From NCBI GenBank assembly GCA_963664705.1, contig OY761556.1, positions 6,592,001 through 6,656,000 of the forward strand: DNA of 64,000 bases, read 5' to 3'. Position numbers and translations under genes: made by a program. The notes beneath the pieces are model-generated. The model ran no database searches. It had not been told where the DNA came from and saw only the letters and a program-made list of their open reading frames with translations. This document shows positions 17,701 through 25,901 of this stretch, piece after piece (positions within the stretch are counted from its first letter, which is position 1; the number at the start of each line of letters is the position of its first letter). The stretch comes from Acidobacteriota bacterium (lineage in GTDB: Bacteria; Acidobacteriota; UBA6911).

Positions 17701-19431
17701 CAATCGCTGTGTCTCGTGCTCACGCTTCTGGCCGTGCCGGTCTTCTACTCCATTTGGGAAGATATAGGTGCCAGGCTTCGATCAATTCGAGGCGCGCGAC
17801 GGGGAATCAAGCCGGTGACCAAGGCGGCCGCCGCGGCTCTGGGTATTATCCTTGCCGTATCGGTTTCGTTTGGACAATCACCGGAACCGTCATTCTCCCT
17901 GCAGCCCCTTCAGGATATCAAGCTGCCACCCCGGATCGGCATCCAGGGTGAGAGAAGTTTGAGCCTGAGAGATGTCATCGAGAGGGTGCTGGCGGGCGAT
18001 CCCGAACTGGAGATTTCCCGCATATCGCTGGATCAGTCGGTGCGCAGCGCCAATGGAGCGGAAGGATTCTTCAGCCCGGTGTTTGTCATCGACGGCTCGA
18101 GGTCGCGTACGGTCACGCCGATGGCTTCAATTATCGGCGGGTCCAGCAGCGGTAAGCTGACATCCACGGATTTTACGTTCACTCCCACGGTCAGCGGAAC
18201 TTCACCCTGGCTTGGGACAACCTATACGCTGAAATTCAGCGATTCCAAGCAGACCAATGACAGCAGTTTTACCACGCTGAATCCGCAATATCCTTCTTCG
18301 TTGAGCCTTACCTTCACGCAGCCGCTGCTGCGCGATTTGCGGATAGATGTGGGACGCCGGTCTCTTCTGGTGGCGAGGAAGAATCAATCCTTAAGCGCCG
18401 AAAGGCTGCGCCAGAAGGCGATCGAGAGAGTTACGCTGGCCGTGCAATATTACTGGGAGCTCGTGTACGCCCGCCAAAACCTGGATGTGCAGAACGAGGC
18501 TGTCCAACTGGCCATTCAACAGTATGAAAGCAACCGGCGGCAGGCAGAGCAGGGGATGCTGGCTCCGATCGAAGTCGTTGCTGCCCAGACACAGGTGGCG
18601 ACCTATCGACAGGCTCAGGCCTCGGCCAGGCAGACGCTGACGATTGCTGAAAATAACTTGAAGCAGATGATGGCGGATGGGTCGGAGGATGCGCTCTGGA
18701 ATCAGGCGTTCATTCCACAGACAGAACTTGCGCTCGATTTCAGCGCTCCCGCTCTGCAGGAAGCCGTGAAGGAGGCGCTGAATTCCAGGCCTGAACTTGC
18801 CGAAAGCGCAATCGGCCTGGCGATCAACAAGATCGATACCAAGTATTTCAAGGACCAGGCCAGGCCTCAAATAGACTTTTATGCGACTCTGACCGCAGCC
18901 GGCCTGGCCGGGACCCAACAGTCAACCATCCAGTTTGGGAACTTTCCGATCGGCAATGTGCCGGAGATTCTGGTTGGCTCCAACCGGCAATCGCTCTCGA
19001 ATATGTGGGGACGCGATTTCCCAACCATCAAAGCGGGAATCCAGATATCGCTGCCATTTTCGAACCGAACGGCCCGGGAGAATGCCACCGTGTCCATGCT
19101 GGAAGGCAAAAGGCTGCTGGTGGCAAAGAAACAGATGGAAATGTTTGTCGAGGCGGATGTGCGGAATGCGCTGGAACAGCTGAATGCTGCCCGCTCGAAA
19201 TCGGATGCGGCGAGGATTGCAGCTCGTGCGGCCCGGGAGCAGTACGAGAGCGAACAGCGCCAATTTCGGTCCGGGACATCGACGATGTTCCTTGTTCTTC
19301 AGCGGCAAACCAGCCTGATTGCCGCGCGCAGCAGCGAAGTTCGTGCCCGGGCGGATCTTGCGGAGGCGATTGCCAATGTGCAGCGAGCAACGGCGCAAAC
19401 GCTGGAATCGCATCAAATAAAACTGAAATAG
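14731..19431 (+). CDS. RND efflux permease (AcrB/MdtB-like) fused to a C-terminal TolC-like domain
   Basis: IKRPVFA, GVVVDDAIIVLENI, GIVKKNAIL, RLRPILMTT. Then a basic/hydrophobic linker and about 510 aa of OMF-like sequence (LSLRDVIERVL, ALNSRPEL, EQRQFRSGTST). Single uninterrupted ORF. Confidence 0.9.
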   Translation: MHALARLCIKRPVFATMLMLSFIVAGIFTYSSLGVDRMPNIDAPMVTVTTVNLGASPEEIETEITKKIEDAVNSINGLDEISSTSSEGMSIVRIEFDLSKSGIVAAEEVQNKINQIVNQLPSSAEVPVVSKMDPDAGAVLQIAVSAPRSTRDVTMIADKLIKQRLENCEGVGQVQIQGGAEREIHIVVNPERLRAYNLTVTDVFNALRTQNMEMPGGSVKTGARDLTIRTSGKIKDPVDFNNIAVASRNGYQVKVSDIGYAQDSTKEPTTAVRLDGVPAVQLAISKQSGTNTVEVVKAVKARLEQIKETLPKDIKIQVINDGSVFIEAAINGIRDHLLEGSLLAAIVLFFFLANWRTTVIAAIAIPVSIISSFSLMAIMHYTMNQITMLSLTLMVGVVVDDAIIVLENIYRYIEEKGMGPFEAAVHGTKEIGLAVLATTVSLLAVFLPVGFMGGMAGKFLSAFGFTCAGAVIISLLVSFTLTPMLCSRFVHPPAGNSGHKSKDSRFFRMLDTTYTRALVWSMGHRKIIVAGCLLVVLSIIPLFMMIGKNMVPRDDQSQFNISIRLPEGSSLAATTKYSEGVARTIRVLDGVTHTLTTIGGSSSGAINEASIYVKLVDIKDREMSSEDLATKARGMLRNHPPNIFLSVVAATGMGGGGPGMSDIQYYLQGPDLKKLGEYSDKLVAEAKKLPSVGDVDTSLRTGKPEVRLDIDRLKAADLGVSVQDIQQALNTLVAGQTASTFNAGDDQYDVVVRAENRFRGSLDGLDKLTVASTKNGSVGLNEVVRRSISSGPSSVKRLNRQRIVEITGNLMPGGSQSAAVSEFNRMIDNLNLGSDYKGGATGMTGEMNKIFYNFAIAFALAFIFMYIALAAQFESFIHPVTILITLPLAIPFGLFAMLITGQSINIFSGLGLLLLFGIVKKNAILQIDHTNGLRAAGMGRNEAIIQANRDRLRPILMTTLALVFGMVPLLLSRGAGSTTNHSIGVMVAGGQSLCLVLTLLAVPVFYSIWEDIGARLRSIRGARRGIKPVTKAAAAALGIILAVSVSFGQSPEPSFSLQPLQDIKLPPRIGIQGERSLSLRDVIERVLAGDPELEISRISLDQSVRSANGAEGFFSPVFVIDGSRSRTVTPMASIIGGSSSGKLTSTDFTFTPTVSGTSPWLGTTYTLKFSDSKQTNDSSFTTLNPQYPSSLSLTFTQPLLRDLRIDVGRRSLLVARKNQSLSAERLRQKAIERVTLAVQYYWELVYARQNLDVQNEAVQLAIQQYESNRRQAEQGMLAPIEVVAAQTQVATYRQAQASARQTLTIAENNLKQMMADGSEDALWNQAFIPQTELALDFSAPALQEAVKEALNSRPELAESAIGLAINKIDTKYFKDQARPQIDFYATLTAAGLAGTQQSTIQFGNFPIGNVPEILVGSNRQSLSNMWGRDFPTIKAGIQISLPFSNRTARENATVSMLEGKRLLVAKKQMEMFVEADVRNALEQLNAARSKSDAARIAARAAREQYESEQRQFRSGTSTMFLVLQRQTSLIAARSSEVRARADLAEAIANVQRATAQTLESHQIKLK

Positions 19432-19439
19432 GTTTTGCA

Positions 19440-19476
19440 AACTGGGAGCGCCGACGTCTCACCGGCGCTCCCAGTT
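19440..19476. repeat. REP-like GC-rich hairpin, possible terminator
   Basis: Perfect 14-bp stem AACTGGGAGCGCCG / CGGCGCTCCCAGTT. Related sequences lie near 53627-53650 and 53790-53817. Confidence 0.75.
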
Positions 19477-19481
19477 CAGTC

Positions 19482-19779
19482 GAGACTCAGTCTTGTTCCG
19501 GAACCCATTTGGTCAGATTGGTTTGAAAGAGCTTTCGATAACCGCGAAGACCTCGAAGACCGCAAAGAAAATATTTTTGCAGGCTTTGCGCTTATCGTTC
19601 TCGCAAGATCATAGGCTGGATTCCGTCCTTGATGCGTGGGACTTTCCAGCTAATTAAGAAGAGCAAAATGAGCCAAAAAAATCTTTGCGGTTTTCGCGGT
19701 TCAAAGATAAAAGCTAACTCCCCAAAGCCGTTGCTCCCGGCATTTTGAATGATGTGAGACTCACTCTTGTTCCGGAACC
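19482..19779. repeat. 24-bp direct repeats flanking a ~160-bp MITE-like, inverted-repeat-bounded segment
   Basis: GAGACTCA(G/C)TCTTGTTCCGGAACC at 19482-19505 and 19756-19779. Inner IR aaccgcgaagacc..gcaaaga (19540-19568) / tctttgcggttttcgcggtt (19682-19701). Confidence 0.7.
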
Positions 19780-20066
19780 ATGGTGATAGCTCCTTTGGGG
19801 CAGACGTGGGCGCAAAGCCCGCAGCCTTTGCAATACGTCAGATCGATCACCGCTTTTTGCGTATCCGGATCCTTCGTAATCGCCTGTTCCGGACACATCA
19901 GAATACATACTTCGCACCCTTCGCATGGATGGAGTGAAAGGCATCGGCGTGCTTCCGCCAACGCATCTTCCGGCGTCAGGGGCGGTGGCGGTTCGCTCTT
20001 GTTCCGCAATCGCCTGGGCTGAGATGCTGCGGATGGCGGCAATGGGCAGCGCGGACGCTTTTTCAT
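19761..20066 (-). CDS. 2x[4Fe-4S] ferredoxin-like protein (delta-subunit-like)
   Basis: CEGCEVCILMCP and CKGCGLCAHVCP. GGAGG RBS, ATGA overlap with the upstream gene. Confidence 0.9.
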   Translation of the reverse strand: MKKRPRCPLPPSAASQPRRLRNKSEPPPPLTPEDALAEARRCLSLHPCEGCEVCILMCPEQAITKDPDTQKAVIDLTYCKGCGLCAHVCPKGAITMVPEQE

Positions 20067-21406
20067 TGGAAAACCTCCCGCAGAATTCTATCCGCGCAGC
20101 CGATTCCGCCGGCGATGGCTTCGACCACTGTCGCAGGTCCTGTGACAATGTCTCCGGCCGTATAGATCCATTGGGCTGAAGAATTACTTTGATTGAAACT
20201 ATCGTTGCCGGTTTTCAGTGCCTCGCCCCATTTGGTGAGATTCCTTTCCTGGCCGAGGGCAAGAATCACCGTGCGAACGGGGACCGTTTTCTTTGTGCCA
20301 AAGAGTGGTGTAAAGATACGTCTCCCATCTTTACCTTCTCTTCCCGGGCTTGTTTCCTGGATCCGGATCTGCTGGACACCGTTTCGGGCATCCCCTTCGA
20401 AATCGACCGGCTGCCACCGGAAAACCAGTTCAACCCCTTCATCCGCAGCGGCGTCAATTTCCTCGGGATAGGCCAGCATGTCCGCCCGATCCCGTCGATA
20501 GAGCAGCACGACCTGGGCGGTCAGTCTTGCCGCCCAGCGGGCCGCATCCGTTGCTACATTCCCTCCGCCGATCACCATAACCGGAGGGTTTATCGAAAGA
20601 ACAGGGCCGAAGGCCATTTCCCGGAGAAAATCCAGGCCGGACCAGATGCCCGGCAGATCGCTGCCCGGGATCTCGGACTGCCTGGAGTCGGAGGCTCCAC
20701 AGGCGAGGATGACGGCGTCGTACTGTGCCTGCAGGGACTTCAACTCATTGGACGGAATGTAAGAATTAAGCTTCAGGACGACCCCGTGCTGCAGGATATA
20801 GGAAATATCCTCCTGCACTGCTTTGCGCGGCAGTCGAAACGGAGGAATTGCCCAGGTCAGCAATCCGCCAGGGGCCGGAGCGCTTTCGTAAACTGTGACT
20901 TGAACGCCGGACCGACTCAAAGCCCACGCGGCGGACAGCCCTGCCGGACCCGCTCCAATGACGGCAATCCGGCCCTTCGATGGACCCGAATATCGGCGGA
21001 CCTCCGGGCGTTTTGCCATCGATGCGAACCGCTTCAAATCGCGGATCGCCGGAGGGCGCTGGAATGAACCGGATATGCAGGCTTTTTCGCAGGGATGGTG
21101 GCAGACATATCCGAGGACCGCGGGAAATGGATTGTACCGCAAAATCCATGCGAGCGCGCCGTAAGGATCTCCGGCGGCGATGCGACTCAGATATCCTGGA
21201 ATATCCTGGCCGATCGGGCAGGCTTGTCTGCAGGGTGGTTGTGCCGGTTTTCCCGAGGACTGGCCCTGCTTTGTCACGCGTGCGCGAATAGTATCGGACT
21301 CAAAGGAAAGATCGGGGAAGACGCGCCCGGGACAGCCGTCCTGGCAAACGTGGCAGATGCCGCACAGTTCCGGATGAAGCTCTGGTCGCTGCGTTCGCCC
21401 TTTCAT
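20063..21406 (-). CDS. GltD/NfnB-like FAD- and Fe-S-containing NAD(P)H oxidoreductase
   Basis: PCRQACPIGQDIP, NPFPAVLGYVCHHPCEKAC, GAGPAGLSAA, VIGGGNVATDAAR, GDIVTGPATVVEAIAGG. Confidence 0.9.
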   Translation of the reverse strand: MKGRTQRPELHPELCGICHVCQDGCPGRVFPDLSFESDTIRARVTKQGQSSGKPAQPPCRQACPIGQDIPGYLSRIAAGDPYGALAWILRYNPFPAVLGYVCHHPCEKACISGSFQRPPAIRDLKRFASMAKRPEVRRYSGPSKGRIAVIGAGPAGLSAAWALSRSGVQVTVYESAPAPGGLLTWAIPPFRLPRKAVQEDISYILQHGVVLKLNSYIPSNELKSLQAQYDAVILACGASDSRQSEIPGSDLPGIWSGLDFLREMAFGPVLSINPPVMVIGGGNVATDAARWAARLTAQVVLLYRRDRADMLAYPEEIDAAADEGVELVFRWQPVDFEGDARNGVQQIRIQETSPGREGKDGRRIFTPLFGTKKTVPVRTVILALGQERNLTKWGEALKTGNDSFNQSNSSAQWIYTAGDIVTGPATVVEAIAGGIGCADRILREVFQ

Positions 21407-21999
21407 GGGTATTCCTGCGTCCCTGATGTGCGGCGGCGAGCCTGAAGGCCGGCTGCCGGCAATGACATTGTTCCCAGTTCGATTCCCAAATGAAGAGCTC
21501 TCAGGTTCAAGTCCGCGTAACGATCCGGGATATGCGTCCGGATGGCTTTCTCGAGTCCCTGCTTGCTGATCAGGCCCGTAAGGCTTGCGATTACCCCGGT
21601 CCAGGCTACATTCACAACCTGCGTGTCCTTCAACCGGTCCCTGCTGGCGGCGGTTAGGTTGAACGGAATCTCATCCCTTTTTCCCGTGCCGGGTACGACA
21701 AAGGCCGGATCGAAAAGAATGCGGCCTTCGGAGACGAGGCTGGCGCCATAGGCATCGTATCCCTCCTGGCTCATCGCGATCAGAAGACTTGCCCGCTCGA
21801 TGCGGGGATAATCGATGGGGCCGCGGGAAACCACAATGTCAGCCGCGCAAAGAGAGCCGCGCGACTGGGCTCCATAGGAACTGGATCCGGCGGCGTACAG
21901 TCCATCGCAAACGGCCGCATGCCCGAGAAGCAGTCCTGCCAGGACGACGCCTTGCCCTCCGAGACCAGCCAGTCGGATCGCTGCGGTGTTTTCATCCAT
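21403..21999 (-). CDS. korC: 2-oxoacid:ferredoxin oxidoreductase gamma subunit
   Basis: IRLAGLGGQGVVLAG, SYGAQSRG, LNLRAL. Confidence 0.88.
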   Translation of the reverse strand: MDENTAAIRLAGLGGQGVVLAGLLLGHAAVCDGLYAAGSSSYGAQSRGSLCAADIVVSRGPIDYPRIERASLLIAMSQEGYDAYGASLVSEGRILFDPAFVVPGTGKRDEIPFNLTAASRDRLKDTQVVNVAWTGVIASLTGLISKQGLEKAIRTHIPDRYADLNLRALHLGIELGTMSLPAAGLQARRRTSGTQEYP

Positions 22000-22000
22000 T

Positions 22001-22750
22001 TCAAAATTCCCCCAGAACGATCCTGTCTTCTGGCAGCGGCAGGGACGCATCGATTTCAGATCGATCCGCGCATGCGGCGGAGAGGCTGTCAAACATGACC
22101 GCGGGAGTATCCTGCTGATTGCGTCTGCCGTATTGCGTCGGGCATGGACTCAGGACTTCCACAAAGGAGAATGACGGGGATGTAAGTGCGCGGCGAAGAT
22201 ATTCCATCAGCGCGTACGGGCGGACAATAGCGCCCCTCGCGACATAAGCCGCACCGGCCGCTTTTACCAGTCGGCACAGATCGAATGGCGGATATTCACA
22301 TCCATTGGGTGTCGTGGTGGTCAGGGAACCTTGAGGTGTTGTGGATGCAGCCTGTCCACCGGTCATTCCATAAATCATGTTGTTGGCGCAAACAACCGTC
22401 AGGTCATGGCCGCGCCGTGCCGCATGAATCAGATGATTCCCGCCGATCGATGCCAGATCCCCATCCCCCGAAATAACGACCACTTTCAGTTCCGGGTTGA
22501 CCAGTTTTGCTCCGGTTGCGAAAGGAATGGCTCGCCCGTGCAGCGCATGGAGAGTATCGGCTTTATAGTTCGGGTTTGGAATCCATGCCGCGCAGCCGAT
22601 TCCGGAGACGAAGAGCATGCGCTGCATGTCCAGTTGCATATCGTTAATAGTGCGAAGAAGAAGACCGAGCAGGATCCCGTGGCCGCAACCCGGGCAGAAT
22701 GGAGTGCTTTGCACCTCTTCACGCAAGTACTCTTCATAGGCGCGGACCAT
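22001..22750 (-). CDS. korB: 2-oxoacid:ferredoxin oxidoreductase beta subunit (TPP-binding)
   Basis: FCPGCGHG, VSGIGC, LHGRAIPFATG, GDGDLASIGGNH, NNMIYGMTGGQ. Confidence 0.92.
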   Translation of the reverse strand: MVRAYEEYLREEVQSTPFCPGCGHGILLGLLLRTINDMQLDMQRMLFVSGIGCAAWIPNPNYKADTLHALHGRAIPFATGAKLVNPELKVVVISGDGDLASIGGNHLIHAARRGHDLTVVCANNMIYGMTGGQAASTTPQGSLTTTTPNGCEYPPFDLCRLVKAAGAAYVARGAIVRPYALMEYLRRALTSPSFSFVEVLSPCPTQYGRRNQQDTPAVMFDSLSAACADRSEIDASLPLPEDRIVLGEF

Positions 22751-23937
22751 CAGAAGGCCTCCTCGATGGCTGCAAGAATTGCGGATGGCGCAATGGTCTC
22801 GCCATTGACCTGCGTGAGTGAATCTACACGGCTTCCCGCGACCGCGGCCCGGACCAGCTCTGCCAGCTGTCCCATGTTCATCTCGGGAACAAGAAAGCGT
22901 CGGCCGGCATATTGTGCGAAGGCTGCCTTATTGAACGGCCAGAGAGTGATGGGACGAAGAAGACCCACGGGGAGTCCACGGGCGCGTGCCGATTTCACTG
23001 CCCGAAATGCAGCTCGGGCGGTAAAGCCGCACGCGATCACGATCAGCTCGGCCGATTCGGTCTCCCACTCCATCTGCCGGCAGATCTGCCCGGTTCGAGA
23101 TATCACCTTTTCATTCAGGCGCCGGACCAAACGGTCATGTACCCACGGATCTTCGACTTTGCGGAAGCCGCGGCCGTCATGCGTTGAGCCCGTGATCATG
23201 AGGTTTTCGCCTTGACCAAATCGCGGCATGGAGGGTACGCCGTCCGGTTCGGAAGAGCCGAAAGGCGAAGCTCCGGGAGAATAATCCCGGCTGAAGAGCT
23301 CCAGGCGTTCAGGCAGATCCACTCGTTCTCTCAAATGTCCGGTCGCCTCTTCGGCAAGGACAAAGCAGGGTACCCGCAGCCGTTCCGACCAGTTGAATGC
23401 TTCTACCGTGAGCGTGAACATCTCCTCAACGGACCAGGGGGAAAATGCGACAATCTGATAATCGCCATGGGAACCCCAGCGGGCGGCCATCAGATCGCCG
23501 CCGCCTGCTTTCGTCGCCTGTCCCGTCGCCGGCCCGGCGCGCTGCACGTCAATGACCACAAGAGGCGTTTCCGTGAAAGCCGCGTATCCCAGACTCTCCT
23601 GCATGAGGCTGAGCCCGGGGCCGCTGGTGGCGGTCATGCATTTCGCGCCGGCCCAGGAGGCTCCAATGACTGCCGAAATCGAGGCAATTTCGTCTTCCAT
23701 CTGGATAAAGCGACCGCCGGTCTCCGGCAGTTCCCGCGCAAGCTCCTCCATAATTTCCGAGGATGGAGTAATCGGATACCCGGCATAAAACCGGCAGCCG
23801 GCCGCGAGCGCACCAAGGGCAGCGGCTTCGTTGCCGGATAGATAGCGCGGACCCATTCCGACCGGCAGGGGTATCGTGGATTGCGGCATATCACGATTTA
23901 AGCCCTTTATGACGGAAAGATCAAGGTGAGGAATCAC
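22750..23937 (-). CDS. korA: 2-oxoacid:ferredoxin oxidoreductase alpha subunit
   Basis: GNEAAALGA, AGYPITPSSEI, QMEDEIAS, TATSGPGLSLMQE, VPEMNMGQL. True start may be ATG 23889. Confidence 0.92.
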   Translation of the reverse strand: MIPHLDLSVIKGLNRDMPQSTIPLPVGMGPRYLSGNEAAALGALAAGCRFYAGYPITPSSEIMEELARELPETGGRFIQMEDEIASISAVIGASWAGAKCMTATSGPGLSLMQESLGYAAFTETPLVVIDVQRAGPATGQATKAGGGDLMAARWGSHGDYQIVAFSPWSVEEMFTLTVEAFNWSERLRVPCFVLAEEATGHLRERVDLPERLELFSRDYSPGASPFGSSEPDGVPSMPRFGQGENLMITGSTHDGRGFRKVEDPWVHDRLVRRLNEKVISRTGQICRQMEWETESAELIVIACGFTARAAFRAVKSARARGLPVGLLRPITLWPFNKAAFAQYAGRRFLVPEMNMGQLAELVRAAVAGSRVDSLTQVNGETIAPSAILAAIEEAF

Positions 23938-24008
23938 TCCGGCCGGCGGAGGATTCTATGACTGGATGCGAGGTAGCCCTCCGCAGATTCGCGGAATTGA
24001 GCAATCGG

Positions 24009-24602
24009 CTATCGCAGCAGCATTGCAGTAACGCCGGCAGAATAGGATTTGACGTCGTATCGTTCCGGCTCGGCCACGAGACGCAAGGCGCAGCCTTCGA
24101 TAAAGCTGGTGACCATATCGGCCAGGGCCTCCGCGGAAATTCCCGCATATCGTTCCCGGTGTTCGGCTACGACAGCGCGCGCCAGGGGCAGATAGGAATT
24201 GCGATATCGATTGAGCGCGGTGCGGATGCGTTTCCGGATGGCTTCGTCATGAGCGCTGGAAAACCAGTAATCAAAGAAAAGCTCAATGCGTTCGCGTTCT
24301 TCATGGAGCGCTTCGATGGCGCCCCTGACCTCCTCTGCCAGCCGTTCCAGGGCATTTGCTGTGACAACCCCCGGATCCACGGCTCTGCGCAGGATGGTCT
24401 CCGTCAGCAGCCAGTCGAGAAGCGCAAGGAGGAGTTCCTGCCGGTTGCGGAAGTGGAAGAACACCAGCCCGTTGCTGATACCGGCTTCGGCCGAGACCGC
24501 GCGGGTCGACAGGCCGGCGAGTCTATGTTGAAGTGCTACGCGGTAGGCCGCGTGCAGTATCTGCTCCCGTCGGCGGTCTTCCGGTATTTTCTTTCCAGGC
24601 AT
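24009..24602 (-). CDS. TetR family regulator (BetI-like), divergent from the RND operon
   Basis: STRAVSAEAGISNGLVFFHFRNRQELL. GGAGG RBS before ATG 24602. Confidence 0.93.
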   Translation of the reverse strand: MPGKKIPEDRRREQILHAAYRVALQHRLAGLSTRAVSAEAGISNGLVFFHFRNRQELLLALLDWLLTETILRRAVDPGVVTANALERLAEEVRGAIEALHEERERIELFFDYWFSSAHDEAIRKRIRTALNRYRNSYLPLARAVVAEHRERYAGISAEALADMVTSFIEGCALRLVAEPERYDVKSYSAGVTAMLLR

Positions 24603-24611
24603 AAAACCTCC

Positions 24612-24670
24612 ATTGACCAAATGCTCAATATAATGTTATCTTATGCGCGTTGATTGAGCAAGTGCTCAAT
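24612..24670. promoter_or_regulatory. Two TetR-type operators in the divergent promoter region
   Basis: ATTGACCA-AA-TGCTCAAT (24612-24629) and the perfect palindrome ATTGAGCA-AG-TGCTCAAT (24653-24670). Confidence 0.75.
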
Positions 24671-24695
24671 ATTAGAAATGAAGGGGGAGTGAAAA

Positions 24696-25901
24696 ATGGT
24701 TGCCCGAAATCGAATCGCTGTAGCCGCCACGATTCTTGCGCTGTGCGCGGTATCCTGCAGCCGGTCAGTGCCGGATAAAGCGGCACCAGGCAAAGACGCC
24801 GTGATCGCCGTGCGCGTTCAGAAACCCGATCGACTCAATCGGCCTTTGCTGGTTCCTGCCAGCGGCACGGTGGAGGCGGCACAAACGGTTGACCTCGCCT
24901 TCCAGATTCCCGGGCGCGTGGCGCAGGTGCGTGTCGAAGAGGGTCAGGTAGTTCGGAAGGGACAGCTTATTGCCGAACTCGACAGTGCGGACTACCAGTT
25001 TGGATTGAGGGCATCCGAAGGCCAGGCCGGGATTGCCCAGGCCGGCTTCGACAAGGCGCAGACTGGAACCCGCATGGAGGAGTTGGAGCAGGCGCGCGCC
25101 GGCTATGACCGGGCCGAGAATGAATATCAGCGCTATAAAAAACTATATGAGCGGAAGAGCATGGCGCCGGTCGACTTTGCCAAGGTGGAAGCTGCCTATC
25201 GGGCGGCAAAAGCGCAGTACGAAATGGCGCAGAACGGGGCTCGAACAGAGGACCGAGCGGCCGCGAGTTCTGCCGTCAAGCAAGCCCTGGCTCAAGTTGA
25301 CTCCAACCGGAAACGAATGGCCGATACTTCTCTCCTTTCCCCTATTGACGGCATCGTGGCGCGACGTGGCGTGGATCCGGGCGAGATGGTCAATGCCGGG
25401 TTGCCGGTTTTTGTGATTGTTAACCTCAATCCGGCGCGCGTCCGCGTGGGAATCCCGGAGACGGACATCGGACGTATTCGCATGGGGCAAGATGCCAGGA
25501 TTGCCGTCCCTGCGCTGGGCGGGATGGAATTCGCCGGCAAAGTCGACCTGGTTGGTGTTGCAGCCGATTCCAGTTCTCGAACCTTCACCGCCAAGATCGC
25601 GGTGCCGAACCGGAATCTCCAACTGAAGGCGGGCATGATTGCCGAAGCCAGCATTGAGGCCAGCGGAACCGTCCATATCGTCACTATTCCGGGGGAGGCG
25701 ATTGTGCATGATCCGCAGGGCAGCACGCTGGTATATGTCTATTTCCCCGACAAAAAGCGCGTATATGCCCATCGCGTCGAAACCGGTTTCGTGAAAGGTC
25801 CTGGCGTGGAGATCCGCTCGGGGCTGAGTGGCGATGAACTCATTGTTGTCGCAGGACAGCATCAGTTGCGTGAGGGATCTCTTGTCGAGGTGATGCCATG
25901 A
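24696..25901 (+). CDS. RND periplasmic adaptor subunit (lipoprotein)
   Basis: Lipobox AVSC, LLSPIDGIV, LKAGMIAE. Confidence 0.93.
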   Translation: MVARNRIAVAATILALCAVSCSRSVPDKAAPGKDAVIAVRVQKPDRLNRPLLVPASGTVEAAQTVDLAFQIPGRVAQVRVEEGQVVRKGQLIAELDSADYQFGLRASEGQAGIAQAGFDKAQTGTRMEELEQARAGYDRAENEYQRYKKLYERKSMAPVDFAKVEAAYRAAKAQYEMAQNGARTEDRAAASSAVKQALAQVDSNRKRMADTSLLSPIDGIVARRGVDPGEMVNAGLPVFVIVNLNPARVRVGIPETDIGRIRMGQDARIAVPALGGMEFAGKVDLVGVAADSSSRTFTAKIAVPNRNLQLKAGMIAEASIEASGTVHIVTIPGEAIVHDPQGSTLVYVYFPDKKRVYAHRVETGFVKGPGVEIRSGLSGDELIVVAGQHQLREGSLVEVMP

